Below the pieces are notes generated by a model. That model made no database searches, was not told the origin of the DNA, and worked only from the letters and a program-made list of their open reading frames with translations. A DNA stretch of 64,000 nt from Kiritimatiellia bacterium (GTDB lineage: Bacteria > Verrucomicrobiota > Kiritimatiellia > CAIKKV01 > CAITUY01). Where the stretch lies: positions 67 through 64,066 of the forward strand of contig JBBQNS010000004.1 of NCBI GenBank assembly GCA_038330175.1, written 5' to 3'. The position numbers were made by a program, and so were the translations under genes. Each line of letters opens with the position of its first letter. Positions within the stretch are counted from its first letter, which is position 1. Of this stretch, positions 19,719-29,845 are shown in pieces.

Positions 19719-20798
19719 TTACCGCTGAACGCGGGCATTGCCCTTCCAAATACTCCACACCTGATCTTCGTCCGCTGGCTGACCATAATCAGTCAACAGT
19801 GTGGTCGCCAGAGCGCCTGTCGCCCAGCCAAATTGGACCCATTTTTTCGGTTCCCAGCCTTTTAAGATGGCATAAAGCATGCCACCCACAAACCCGTCGC
19901 CACCGCCAATGCGGTCTAACACGGTGATTTCGCGCGGTTCCACCACGTACCACTCATTGCCTGCGGCCATCAGCGCACCCCATAAATGGTGATTCGCATC
20001 TTCGACTTCCCGAAGCGTCGTGCCATACGTCTGGGCATTCGGGTACGCCTTCTTAACACGCTCAATCATGCCTTTGAAGCCGTCAATTTTCGCTTTGATA
20101 TCCTTACCGCCGGCCTCAGGACCTTGAACCCCCAGACAGAGCTGGAAGTCCTCTTCATTACCCACAAGAATATCGGCCACACTTGCGATTTCAGCAAAAA
20201 TGGCTGAAAGTTCCTTTTCACGTCCCTTCCAAAACGATGCGCGGTAATTCAAATCGAATGAAATCTTTGTGCCATATTTTTTTGCGGCGCGCGCCAACTC
20301 CAGACAGAACACACTTGTTTCCGGCGAAAGTGCACCAATCAGGCCTGAGAGATGGACAATCTGAACCCCCTCCTTACCAAAAATACGATCCAAGTCGAAA
20401 TCCTTCACATTCAAGGTGCGGCCAACCTCACCCGCACGGTCGTTCCACACCCGGGGCCCACGCGAGCCAAAACCACTATCCGCGATGTTGATCTGATGGC
20501 GATATCCCCAAGGTCCACCTTGAGCAACCTCAACCCCTTCAAAATCCATATTGCGACTGCGCAAATTATCCTTAATGAGTTGTGCGATAGGACTCCCCTG
20601 CACGAAGGTGGTTAACACTTTAACCGGTAAGCCGAGATACGAAACGACGCTGGCAACATTCGTTTCGGCACTCGTGGCCTGCATTGAAAAATTGCCCCCG
20701 GTATGCACCGGCTGCCCATTCATCGGCGTAATCCGAATCCCCATACTCGTAGGAACCAAAAGTGAATACTTACAGTTTTTCTTAAACTCAATTTTCAT
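19719..20798 (-). CDS. PfkB-family sugar kinase (2-dehydro-3-deoxygluconokinase-like)
   Basis: Ribokinase/pfkB fold motifs (..GGDGFVGG.. near the C-terminus). The start is trimmed to MKIEFKK, which has an AAGGAAAA SD. Confidence 0.7.
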   Translation of the reverse strand: MKIEFKKNCKYSLLVPTSMGIRITPMNGQPVHTGGNFSMQATSAETNVASVVSYLGLPVKVLTTFVQGSPIAQLIKDNLRSRNMDFEGVEVAQGGPWGYRHQINIADSGFGSRGPRVWNDRAGEVGRTLNVKDFDLDRIFGKEGVQIVHLSGLIGALSPETSVFCLELARAAKKYGTKISFDLNYRASFWKGREKELSAIFAEIASVADILVGNEEDFQLCLGVQGPEAGGKDIKAKIDGFKGMIERVKKAYPNAQTYGTTLREVEDANHHLWGALMAAGNEWYVVEPREITVLDRIGGGDGFVGGMLYAILKGWEPKKWVQFGWATGALATTLLTDYGQPADEDQVWSIWKGNARVQR

Positions 20799-20976
20799 GC
20801 TATTTTCCTTCAGATGAATCGCGAATATCTCACAGCCTCTAACTATCGGCAAATGCAATGTGTAATTTTATTGAGTGCTCCTATATCAGGGTGATATCTT
20901 TGCCGCTTCGTCACTCCCAGGGCGGGAGTGAGCAATCGAGTGAATTTTGATTTATATTTTATGCAGGAATATCAAC

Positions 20977-21297
20977 ATGAGTAATGAGACGTTCGACAAT
21001 GTTTCCGTAACGGCCAAGGCCAACATCTATTTTGACGGCAAAGTGGTAAGCCATACCTTCATGCTACCTGACGGCGAAAAAAAGACCTTGGGCCTAATCT
21101 ATCCCGGGATCTTCACATTTAATACCGACGCACCCGAAGAAATGAAGATCATCGCGGGCACCTGCAAGGCACGACAAGAGGGCCAAAAAGACTGGATCCC
21201 CTACCCCGCAGGGACTCTGTTTAATGTCCCGGGAAAGTCCAAATTCGATATTTCTGTGGAGTCAGGCATCGCCGAATATATTTGTTCATTCAAATGA
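20977..21297 (+). CDS. ppnP: pyrimidine/purine nucleoside phosphorylase PpnP (DUF1255/YaiE family)
   Basis: ..YFDGKVVSHTF..GEKKTLGLIYPGIFTFNTDAPEEMKIIAGTC..GTLFNVPGKSKFDISV.. aligns with E. coli YaiE. Confidence 0.8.
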   Translation: MSNETFDNVSVTAKANIYFDGKVVSHTFMLPDGEKKTLGLIYPGIFTFNTDAPEEMKIIAGTCKARQEGQKDWIPYPAGTLFNVPGKSKFDISVESGIAEYICSFK

Positions 21298-21372
21298 GGC
21301 GCGTTTAGGCGCCCAGTGCTCGGTATGGATCCAAGTCCTCGCCTAAGGACGTTCCGACCACGGTGAACTCAC

Positions 21373-21486
21373 ATGATTCACCCTGCCCACGCGGCTCAGC
21401 AAGCTTCGCCCTCCAGAAGATATGATCTATAAGGGCAAGATTATTCTTCTGGAGGGCGAAGCTTGCTGAGCCGCGTGAATAAAAGG
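21373..21486 (+). repeat. long-hairpin palindromic element, copy B of 3
   Basis: Near-perfect ~30-bp stem cacgcggctcagcaagcttcgccctccagaaga / tcttctggagggcgaagcttgctgagccgcgtg with a ~25-nt loop. Confidence 0.85.
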
Positions 21487-21496
21487 CGCTGTAGTT

Positions 21497-21561
21497 CCTT
21501 TGTGTGCTTCGTGAGCTTCTGTTAAATTTCTTCTTCTTGGTTCCGGTTATGCCGGGTTAGG
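21497..21561 (+). repeat. conserved intergenic motif family 3, copy i of 4 (cctttgtgtgcttcgtgagcttctgttaaatttcttc..ttggttccggttatgccgggttagg)
   Basis: Shared core gcttcgtgagcttctgttcaaatttcttc with 45330-45385, 53610-53655 and 59088-59130. Confidence 0.75.
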
Positions 21562-21643
21562 CGAGAATTTGAGACCTCTTTTCTTGAACATACTCTAAAC
21601 CGTGCTATTGTGTGCGTCAGTTTGACACTGCGACATAAAGACC

Positions 21644-22837
21644 ATGAAAGCCGGATTTCTAGAAAAATTAATTTCGCGCCTTGACCGCTTGGATCCTGAA
21701 AGCGTTCAGACTCATTTCCTGCGATTAGCGAAGGAAAAGGGACTGTTGGAAACAATTTTCCAGTCTATTCAGGAAGGGGTCGTGGTGCTGGATGGTAAGG
21801 GCATCATTACCTATACCAATCGTGCAGCGGGCGAATTGATCGGGTTTAATCCAGCCATGGCGATCAACAAACCCATGAGTCGATTTTTACGCGAAATCGA
21901 TTGGAATCGCATTTTAAATCTGGATACCGGTGAATGGACCAAGCTCAGTAGTCATCAAATCGAAGTCCGCTACCCCGAGCCCCGCGTCCTGAATTTCTAT
22001 GTCGTTCCCCTATCCGCCGTTGAAAACACCGAAAAAGGAGCGGTCATTATCTTGCGTGATGTGACTCGCGACCGAGCTCAGGAAGCGTCATTAGTTGAGT
22101 CGGAACGGATAAATGCCGTGCGCCTGCTTGCCGCCGGGGTTGCACATGAAATTGGGAACCCTCTGAACGCCTTGAATATCCATCTTCAACTGCTAGATCG
22201 TGAACTTAAAAAAGCGAACCATAATACTCGGCCCGACTTGGCTGAACTCGTAGATATCGCGCGGACTGAAGTCACGCGCTTAGACCTCATTATCACTCAG
22301 TTTCTGAAAGCCATTCGGCCGGCCAAGCCCAATCTAGTGAAAAACCAGGTGGGCTTGATCATCAAAGAGACCTTAGCCCTTCTGAAGCAGGAAATTGACA
22401 ACTGCGAAACCCATGTTGAATTGGAATGTTCCTCTAATCTGCCCACTATCCGCGTGGATAAAGATCAAATCAAACAGGCCTTCTTCAATATCATCAAGAA
22501 CGCACTTCAAGCGATGCCGGATGGCGGGCTCTTGCGCATAACTGCCGCTGCCTCAGATCGGTTCCTGGCCATTGCCTTCAGGGACAATGGGTCAGGGATT
22601 TCACCAGAGGATATCGGCCATATTTTTGAGCCCTATTACACAACCAAATCCAAAGGATCCGGCATCGGCTTGATGATCGTTCAGCGCATCATCCAAGATC
22701 ATGGTGGCCGTATGGATGTCCATAGCGAGCCCGGCCTCGGCACCACATTCACTCTATTTCTCCCTCTGGACGAACGGCGCGTCCACTTGCTCAAAGCGCA
22801 CGGTCGATCCAAATCATCCTCCGAGGACTCTCCATGA
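21644..22837 (+). CDS. PAS-domain sensor histidine kinase (NtrB/AtoS-like)
   Basis: PAS region, H-box ..AAGVAHEIGNPLNAL.. and HATPase N/G boxes (..FRDNGSGI.., GSGIGLMIVQRI). Confidence 0.85.
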   Translation: MKAGFLEKLISRLDRLDPESVQTHFLRLAKEKGLLETIFQSIQEGVVVLDGKGIITYTNRAAGELIGFNPAMAINKPMSRFLREIDWNRILNLDTGEWTKLSSHQIEVRYPEPRVLNFYVVPLSAVENTEKGAVIILRDVTRDRAQEASLVESERINAVRLLAAGVAHEIGNPLNALNIHLQLLDRELKKANHNTRPDLAELVDIARTEVTRLDLIITQFLKAIRPAKPNLVKNQVGLIIKETLALLKQEIDNCETHVELECSSNLPTIRVDKDQIKQAFFNIIKNALQAMPDGGLLRITAAASDRFLAIAFRDNGSGISPEDIGHIFEPYYTTKSKGSGIGLMIVQRIIQDHGGRMDVHSEPGLGTTFTLFLPLDERRVHLLKAHGRSKSSSEDSP

Positions 22838-24228
22838 GTTCACGCCGCACCATTTTGATTGTCGAAGACGATAAGAACACCCGTGAAGGGCTGAGACGAG
22901 CGCTGCACGGGCTTTATGAAGTGGTCATGACCGACAGTGCCGAAAAAGCCCTTCCGATTCTGGATGAGCGCAACATCGACATCGTCTTGAGCGATATTCG
23001 CATGTCCGGCATGGATGGTATGTCGCTTCTCCAGCGAATTTCGACCCGTAGTAATCCGCCCATCGTCATCATGCTTACCGCCTACGGCAGCGTGGAGACC
23101 GCCGTTGAAGCGATTAAGCGTGGGGCGTATGATTTCTTGACCAAGCCTGTGAACCTTGACCATCTCGATCTGCTCATCAAACGCGCCCTTCATACACATG
23201 AAATGGAAAGCGAAAACCTGAATCTACGCGCCCAGCTTGATAGCCGCTTCGGCCTTGAAAATATTGTGGGGCAGTCTGCAAATATCCAAGAGGTGTTTGA
23301 CATCATCAAGCAAGCGGCTCCGTCCCAAGCCACGATTCTTATTCATGGCGAAAGCGGAACCGGCAAGGAGCTAGTCGCGCACGCCATCCATCAATTAAGT
23401 ACCCGGTCCAAAGGCCCCTTTGTCCCGGTTCATTGCGCCGCATTAAGCCCTACCCTGCTGGAAAGCGAGTTATTCGGGCATGAAAAAGGCGCTTTTACCG
23501 GCGCGGCGGAACGAAGTCGTGGCCGCTTTGAGATGGCTGATGGGGGCACCTTGTTCCTCGACGAAATTTCAGAAATTCCAACCTCGGTTCAAGTCAAATT
23601 GCTACGCGTCCTTGAAGAGCGCCAATTTGAGCGGGTCGGAGGTCACCAGACACTGGATGTTGATATCCGCCTGATAGCGGCCACCAATGCAGACCTCGTA
23701 GCCATGGTCAAAGCAGGAACCTTCAGGAACGACTTGTTTTTTAGGTTGGATGTCATTTCCGTGATGCTGCCCCCCCTGCGAAATCGGGCGGATGATATCC
23801 CCCTGCTTTTCAGCCATTTCTTAAAGGAATTCAATGCCCGGAATAACAAGCAAATCCAGGACATCACCCTAGAGGCCATGGAAATCCTCGCATCCTATCC
23901 CTGGCCTGGGAATGTGCGCGAATTCCGCAATGTCATTGAACGCATGGTCGTCCTGTCTCGAACCCCACGCTTAACCGTACGGGATCTTCCCGTCGTCATC
24001 AAAAATTCTGTCCAAAACGAACATCCTCATTTGACAACCGTGGGCGGCAAAGGCGATTCAGCTCAGCCTGAACCGGCGTCCATGGCTGAAAGTGAGCGCA
24101 TGATGATCTATACGGCGCTCAAGAAAAACGAAGGAAATCGCACGCTTGCGGCAGCGCAATTGGGCATCAGTCGACGTACTCTCCAGCGCAAACTCAAGGA
24201 GTACCGGTCTTTGCCCCAGAGTTCCTGA
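22834..24228 (+). CDS. sigma-54-dependent response regulator (NtrC family)
   Basis: Receiver domain, AAA+ sigma-54 activation domain ([14 protein letters not shown]) and C-terminal Fis-type HTH. It overlaps the kinase stop. Confidence 0.9.
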   Translation: MSSRRTILIVEDDKNTREGLRRALHGLYEVVMTDSAEKALPILDERNIDIVLSDIRMSGMDGMSLLQRISTRSNPPIVIMLTAYGSVETAVEAIKRGAYDFLTKPVNLDHLDLLIKRALHTHEMESENLNLRAQLDSRFGLENIVGQSANIQEVFDIIKQAAPSQATILIHGESGTGKELVAHAIHQLSTRSKGPFVPVHCAALSPTLLESELFGHEKGAFTGAAERSRGRFEMADGGTLFLDEISEIPTSVQVKLLRVLEERQFERVGGHQTLDVDIRLIAATNADLVAMVKAGTFRNDLFFRLDVISVMLPPLRNRADDIPLLFSHFLKEFNARNNKQIQDITLEAMEILASYPWPGNVREFRNVIERMVVLSRTPRLTVRDLPVVIKNSVQNEHPHLTTVGGKGDSAQPEPASMAESERMMIYTALKKNEGNRTLAAAQLGISRRTLQRKLKEYRSLPQSS

Positions 24229-25360
24229 TTTCAGAATTCATCTTACGGGGACTTGACCGCTTTTCAGTTGCGGAATGTTTCTTCATCCGTGTGATGATCA
24301 TCGACGTCCTCAGGGCATTCTCGAAGTCAAGATCAACAGGGGCGCCCAACTCCACCGCCCGCTGATAATGCTCCTGCGCATTCGGGACATCCGGGGGATT
24401 GATAGTGATTAGTATTTGCGCCAAATTGTAATGAGCTTCGGCAGAGTTCGGCGCGATGGCTAATGATTTGTCCATGGCATCGCGTGCTTTGCCAATTTCG
24501 CCCAGGCCCATATAGGCCGTACCCAACGTCAAGAGCGCATCCGCATTTTTAGCACGCCAGACATCGAATGGAGACATTAACTTAACGGCATCATTAAACC
24601 GACTATCGCGGCAATCAGCCACTGCGAGAAGTATGACCAAATCGGTTTCCGACGGCATCAGCTCGACCGCCTCGGTCAGCAATTCAATGGCCGGGATCAA
24701 ATCGTTCACCTTCATCATGCGGTTAGCCTCGGACTTCACCGCAGACACCACCGCTCGATAAAGAACATTGGACTCATTGCCGAGACTTCCTCCGGCTTTG
24801 CGTAACTTGGACTCCAACTTGACCATCTTGCGCTGCAGGGCTTGATGGTCTTTAGTGGACTCATTCAACGCTTCTTTAAGGCGAGTCACTTCATCTGCCA
24901 TTTGCTTTGCCGGCGTATCATCCCCGGCCATTTTTATAAGCGCTAGTTCCGCCTTCATATCACGAAGTTCACTCAATAAACCTTGAAGGCGCGCGACATG
25001 ATTCGTTGTTCCAGCGTCCTTATTCGCACCAACTTCTGCATCGGGCACCTGCGGCTTTTCCAGCAACACCAGCGCGTTCTGGCACTCTGCGACACGATAG
25101 TCGATCATGGTGGTCTGCCAACCGGGATACTCCGCTTTGAGTTTCGCATACGCCCCAAGTGCTTCCCGATAGGCTTTCTCCGCATCGACATTATGATGTT
25201 CCGCACGCGCCATTTCTGCGTCAACAACTGACATATAGGCCTTTTTGAGCCATTCCCCGGCCTGAGGCATCACATTGGTTACAGACTCTGCTCCCGCACA
25301 GTGAAGCCCCCAACCCAGCATCAGACCCAGAACCAAAAGTAGTTTAACTATCTGTTTCAT
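24194..25360 (-). CDS. TPR-repeat secreted/lipoprotein
   Basis: Signal peptide MKQIVKLLLVLGLMLGWGLHCAGA, coiled-coil and TPR-like repeats. Confidence 0.6.
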   Translation of the reverse strand: MKQIVKLLLVLGLMLGWGLHCAGAESVTNVMPQAGEWLKKAYMSVVDAEMARAEHHNVDAEKAYREALGAYAKLKAEYPGWQTTMIDYRVAECQNALVLLEKPQVPDAEVGANKDAGTTNHVARLQGLLSELRDMKAELALIKMAGDDTPAKQMADEVTRLKEALNESTKDHQALQRKMVKLESKLRKAGGSLGNESNVLYRAVVSAVKSEANRMMKVNDLIPAIELLTEAVELMPSETDLVILLAVADCRDSRFNDAVKLMSPFDVWRAKNADALLTLGTAYMGLGEIGKARDAMDKSLAIAPNSAEAHYNLAQILITINPPDVPNAQEHYQRAVELGAPVDLDFENALRTSMIITRMKKHSATEKRSSPRKMNSEIRNSGAKTGTP

Positions 25361-25456
25361 ATTTTTATTTCGTCCTTCACCATATACCTCTGAGCCGCTG
25401 AATCAGTGAGCCCCTAATTTATAAGGTCAATAGTCTTTCATACAACAACTAAAATC

Positions 25457-25607
25457 AGCAGTTCTCATTATGGACCAGTTCGATCAATCATTCTCGGAGC
25501 GGAACGTGTAAACGTTCCGGAAATGCCCGGAATCGTCAACCACCTTCGTCAAGCTTCGGCGTGTCATGCCGATTCCGCTCCAAAAAAAATCATAATGATA
25601 ATTCACT
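25457..25607 (+). repeat. structured intergenic element family 4, copy 1 (carries a 32-nt insertion relative to copy 2)
   Basis: Shares about 110 nt with 31607-31728, including the perfect palindrome CGGAACGT-gtaa-ACGTTCCG (25500-25519) and nested inverted repeats gagcggaa/ttccgctc and ctcattatg/cataatga. Confidence 0.8.
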
Positions 25608-25720
25608 TGCCAATCTACCATCTCGTAGGCTTCGACAGCAGAGCGGACGACACGGAGGTCGTCCCTCCATATTGCAAGACCGTCTGCTCTGGAGGTTTTG
25701 CAAGGGCCTCTAGATCCATC

Positions 25721-26404
25721 TCAGGCCCGTGCGGGCGGAATCAAGCGGTCAAAATGAGCTGGCAGCTCGGCTTCAAAAGACATTCGTTTTCCGCTAAAAG
25801 GATGATCAATGGACAGGGACCGGGCGTGCAAGGCTAACATCCGGTGGGGATCTTTTATATTTCCGTATTTTCGGTCCCCCACAACGGGATGTCCCTGATC
25901 CGCCAAATGAACTCGAATTTGATTTTTACGCCCCGTCAGCAGGGTAATATCCAACAGACTGAATAGCCGGACTTCCTGGTTTACCCGGTAAGAGGTATGC
26001 GACAACAAGCCCTTCGTCGGATTGGGCGTTGAATAAACACGAAAGGCAGAATTCTCTGCCAAATAAGAAGTGATCGTCCCCTCTTTTTTAGCCAATATCC
26101 CATGAACTACGGCCAGATAGTGCTTTTCAGTTTTATCCCAATTCCCCTGAAGCTTCCGCTTGGCTTCTTCGTTTTTGGCAAATACCAGCACTCCGGAAGT
26201 ATCACGATCTAAGCGGTGCACAATAAAAATCCGCTCCCGCGATTTCGCGCACCCTTTGCGAACATAATCGGTCAATAGATGATACGCCGTACGGGTTTGC
26301 TCATCGTCTGTTGCAATCGTCAAAAGCCCTGCGGCTTTGTCGACTACCAAGATGTCGCGATCCTCATAAAGAATCGTTAGGCCTTGAGGTTGATGTCGTT
26401 TCAT
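25721..26404 (-). CDS. RluA-family 23S rRNA/tRNA pseudouridine synthase
   Basis: ..ILVVDKAAGLLT..HRLDRDTSGVLVFAKN.. catalytic Asp motif. Confidence 0.85.
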   Translation of the reverse strand: MKRHQPQGLTILYEDRDILVVDKAAGLLTIATDDEQTRTAYHLLTDYVRKGCAKSRERIFIVHRLDRDTSGVLVFAKNEEAKRKLQGNWDKTEKHYLAVVHGILAKKEGTITSYLAENSAFRVYSTPNPTKGLLSHTSYRVNQEVRLFSLLDITLLTGRKNQIRVHLADQGHPVVGDRKYGNIKDPHRMLALHARSLSIDHPFSGKRMSFEAELPAHFDRLIPPARA

Positions 26405-28857
26405 CGGACTCCCCTTGAATAATTTCCCTCATACCCACCTACTCGATGGCCTTGTCGCAAGGCACGCCAGACCTCACATACTTTGGCCGGTTCGTAGTGG
26501 CGATTGATAAAGTCAGCCCGCACATACCGGACGCCTGCTTTTTGCAATCCGGTCAGCCGCCCTGCCAGTGAAAAAGGGACCTGGTTTATAGCCAGCGTAC
26601 GGCACCCATGCTGAATCATCCGGATCGTTTCGCCACTACCGGAATCCCACTCGCGTTCGGAAGTCCGGCAATTCGGGCTTGCAGGACACCGTTGGGCTTG
26701 TGCCGCCAAAGCACAATTCTCGGAGATAAATAACGGAGTATCTTGATAGACAATCACGGTCGCCTGCTCGCTGAATTGCTTTACCAGCGAAAGCATGTTT
26801 TCACTTCCATCTTCCGGAGAACACGTGAAACGACTGCATCCCATTGCCAATACCTGTTGAGCTGCCGATCGATTGGTAACATAGACCGGCCAATCGGCCG
26901 TAAGGGAGCTATCATCCGTTCCAACACCTACCGGAGCGCATGGCTTATTTAGAAGCGGCCAGGACGAGAGTGAGGCACACTCCCATCGCGCCCACCCGTC
27001 AGCCTGCAAAGCCTTGATTTTCTCCTGAAGCTCTGAACGCTCCCAATCACGCATCAATGCCGGAAGCGCCAAGCGTATTTTACCCGGCCCCACCTGCTCA
27101 CGCCACTTCATCAACCCATCCCGTAATTCAGGCCATGCATCGCGTTGGATTTCCACTACAAGTTCGCATAGGTTCTGTAGATCTTCGGCTTCTAAGGCAG
27201 AAAGATGACTCAACCGATCTGTTTTGATTGACCATAAAAGACCTGATTTTTTTCCTGAAACCGAAGCGATAACCGGCCTTTCAGCGACCTGCACCGCCTG
27301 CAGGGAGCGCTGGCGATGTGCCGCCACCGATTTGGATAGCTGAGACATCACTTCACGGCGTAGTCGATTGAAAACAGAAACAGGAATGAACCGGCTATCC
27401 GGATTGTTAAAAACAAATCCTGCCAATTCAAATTCAGTTTCACCTAATTTTTCGAATGAGGTTTGAGCCGCCTTCAACCCGGCTTCTGCATCACGGCTGG
27501 GATCAAATGGCCCCGGGATGATGGCTTTGACGGAAAGTTCTTCGCAGTCAACCAGACAAGCCATAGCTTCAAGTTCATTCGCAGAAGCGTTGATCACCAC
27601 GTTTACAGCCATCCTGACGCGATATATCCCGGGCTTCGGGCGTGCAAAGCGGTACTGTTGTTTGACGGTCTGGGAGGACGAGCAATACAGGGGTGCCCCT
27701 GGCTGAATCAGCGGATGTTCAGGGGGTAAGCTTACTTCGACCATGCGCTGGGCAGGAACCTCAAAAACATCCTCTTGCGGTTTCCCCTGGGTATTCACCA
27801 ACCTCAGATGGTCGACCGGAAACCCGAAGGGACGTCCCCGTCCGGGAACATCGGTCTGGATCCCATCATGTCGTTCAAGACGCCGTTGCGTCTTGAATTG
27901 GACCCACTCATTAATTCCCCGCCGGACGACACCGGCGACGATCCCGATGGGGGCGCCACGGTGACCAACCACCTCGCTATCCGTCACCTCACGGTTGTGG
28001 GGTGAATTCAAATAGAGATCTGTCCAGGGGCGACTGAAAATGGTTTTAATCTCCTCCTCTGAGGCGCGTTTTTCCAGGACAGAAAGCCGCCCCTCGAGAA
28101 GTTTACGGTAGTACTGAGTTACCGCCGCAACATAGAGCGCACTTTTCTTTCGCCCCTCAATTTTGAAGCTGAAAACCCCCGCCTCACGCAGCTTGATGAC
28201 ATCCCCGGTCAAGGCGAGATCTTTCATCGAGAAAGGATAGGCTTTCGTCTGCCCAAATGTATCACGGCATGGATAGGAACAGCGGCCCCGGTTCCCGCTC
28301 CTCCCGCGCAACATGGATGAATAGAGGCAAAGTCCGCTGTAGGAGTAACACAGTGCCCCATGAATAAAAACTTCTACGTCGAGCCCTCCCTCGCGAACAA
28401 TGTCAGCCATCTCTTTTAGCGTCAATTCGCGCGCCAGGGTAACCCGTTTGAAGCCAAGTTCGCGAGCTGCCTTGGCCCCCGCGATATTGTGAATCGCCAG
28501 CTGTGTGCTGGCGTGCATTTCCAAACAGGGAAAATATTTATTGATTAGCCGGGCAATTCCGAGGTCTTGAACGATAACAGCATCCACTCCGATGGCATTA
28601 AGGAACGCTAGCGTTTCGATAGCCTCATCCAATTCACTATCTTGAATCAGAGTATTGAAGGCCACAAAAACGGAGCGTCGTGGGGTGGAGGAATGTGCAA
28701 ACCCTAAAATTTCACTAAGATTTTCGGGCAAGAAATTGACCGCCTCGGCACGGGCAGAAAACCGTTGCAGGCCCAGATAAACCGCATCGGCGCCATGATA
28801 AAAAGCGGCATAAGCGGCATCCAGATCACCGGCAGGTGCAAGTAGCTCGGTTCGCAT
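26401..28857 (-). CDS. peptidase U32 family protein, long form
   Basis: N-terminal U32 collagenase-like domain (..LELLAPAGD.., ..EVFIHGALCYSYSGLCLYSSMLRGRSGNRGRCSYPCR..) plus a long C-terminal extension. Confidence 0.8.
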   Translation of the reverse strand: MRTELLAPAGDLDAAYAAFYHGADAVYLGLQRFSARAEAVNFLPENLSEILGFAHSSTPRRSVFVAFNTLIQDSELDEAIETLAFLNAIGVDAVIVQDLGIARLINKYFPCLEMHASTQLAIHNIAGAKAARELGFKRVTLARELTLKEMADIVREGGLDVEVFIHGALCYSYSGLCLYSSMLRGRSGNRGRCSYPCRDTFGQTKAYPFSMKDLALTGDVIKLREAGVFSFKIEGRKKSALYVAAVTQYYRKLLEGRLSVLEKRASEEEIKTIFSRPWTDLYLNSPHNREVTDSEVVGHRGAPIGIVAGVVRRGINEWVQFKTQRRLERHDGIQTDVPGRGRPFGFPVDHLRLVNTQGKPQEDVFEVPAQRMVEVSLPPEHPLIQPGAPLYCSSSQTVKQQYRFARPKPGIYRVRMAVNVVINASANELEAMACLVDCEELSVKAIIPGPFDPSRDAEAGLKAAQTSFEKLGETEFELAGFVFNNPDSRFIPVSVFNRLRREVMSQLSKSVAAHRQRSLQAVQVAERPVIASVSGKKSGLLWSIKTDRLSHLSALEAEDLQNLCELVVEIQRDAWPELRDGLMKWREQVGPGKIRLALPALMRDWERSELQEKIKALQADGWARWECASLSSWPLLNKPCAPVGVGTDDSSLTADWPVYVTNRSAAQQVLAMGCSRFTCSPEDGSENMLSLVKQFSEQATVIVYQDTPLFISENCALAAQAQRCPASPNCRTSEREWDSGSGETIRMIQHGCRTLAINQVPFSLAGRLTGLQKAGVRYVRADFINRHYEPAKVCEVWRALRQGHRVGGYEGNYSRGVR

Positions 28858-28873
28858 CAGACGGCCACTCCAC

Positions 28874-29845
28874 TCACCACCAACCCCGGCGTTTCAGATA
28901 AAAAAACAGGCCCCCTGTTGAGAACAAAGTTATGAACCAGACCCAGACCCACCCATATTGGCTTTCCGAACTCGGCCAATGCTTAATGTTCATGCCGTAA
29001 TAGCTGGTCAAGACGAGGGTGGGCATACAAAGGGTGGCCATCACGGTCAATACCTTGATCACATGATTCACCTGCATCTGCTGGAGGTTGAGATGCACCT
29101 GTAAAACGCCCGTGAGCGAATCCCGTGCATTTTCAGCTAATGAGCTGATCCTGACCAATTGATCCAACAAATCGCGATAGTAAGGCAACATGTGGCTGCG
29201 CACAATTTTAAGTTCACCATACGCCAACCGGGCAATTGTTTCGCGTTGTGGCCAGGCGATCTGGCGCAGGCGCTGAACCTCACCCTTCAGCTTCATGACA
29301 TCGTTCAACACATCTTTGGACTGGTTCACCATGATGCTTTTTTCAAGATCAGAGATTTCGACCGAGATCTCCTCGAGTGCGGGGGCATACTCCTCAAGTA
29401 AAAAATCGAGGATCGTGTAAGTCAAGCGATCCGGGGCGCGAGCCACCGTCGGTGCATTTTTTAACACACGTTCCACAGCGGCATTCACACATCTCAGCGG
29501 TTGGCGATGGTAGGTCACTAAAAAGTTTTTACCGATGAACATATCGAGTTCATTAGCCAGAAGTTCACCACCGAAATAAGTCACGGCATGAATGACTAAA
29601 AAGAGATAGCCTTCATATTCCTCAACTTTTGCGCGATCGCTAGGTGTAAAACAGTCCTCAATGGCCAAAGGATGGAATTGGAAAACCCCTTCAAGAACGG
29701 ATTTGGCATCCTCATCTGAGCACTCCCCGACGTCTACCCAGAATTGAACGCCATCATCTTTAAGCACAACCTTGAGTAAATCCAAATCAAGATCCTGACT
29801 GATCAGGCGTCCCTGCGTTTGGTTGAAAACAAATGAACGAATCAT
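28874..29845 (-). CDS. corA: magnesium/cobalt transporter CorA
   Basis: Two C-terminal TMs with the GMN motif (YGMNIKHWP). Confidence 0.85.
   Translation of the reverse strand: MIRSFVFNQTQGRLISQDLDLDLLKVVLKDDGVQFWVDVGECSDEDAKSVLEGVFQFHPLAIEDCFTPSDRAKVEEYEGYLFLVIHAVTYFGGELLANELDMFIGKNFLVTYHRQPLRCVNAAVERVLKNAPTVARAPDRLTYTILDFLLEEYAPALEEISVEISDLEKSIMVNQSKDVLNDVMKLKGEVQRLRQIAWPQRETIARLAYGELKIVRSHMLPYYRDLLDQLVRISSLAENARDSLTGVLQVHLNLQQMQVNHVIKVLTVMATLCMPTLVLTSYYGMNIKHWPSSESQYGWVWVWFITLFSTGGLFFYLKRRGWW

Noticed and set aside
21297-21372. Possible rho-independent terminator ggcgcgtttaggcgcc after ppnP
   Set aside because: A short GC hairpin is present but it is not followed by a T-tract. The adjacent long-hairpin element B is a likelier terminator.
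25361-25456. Searched for a sigma-54 promoter (TGGCAC-N5-TTGCA) near the NtrC-type regulator, TPR gene and repeat family 4 (for example TGGCCCtgttcGATCA inside the element)
   Set aside because: No site has both the GG at -24 and the GC at -12 with correct spacing. The palindromic structure of the element explains the partial resemblance better.
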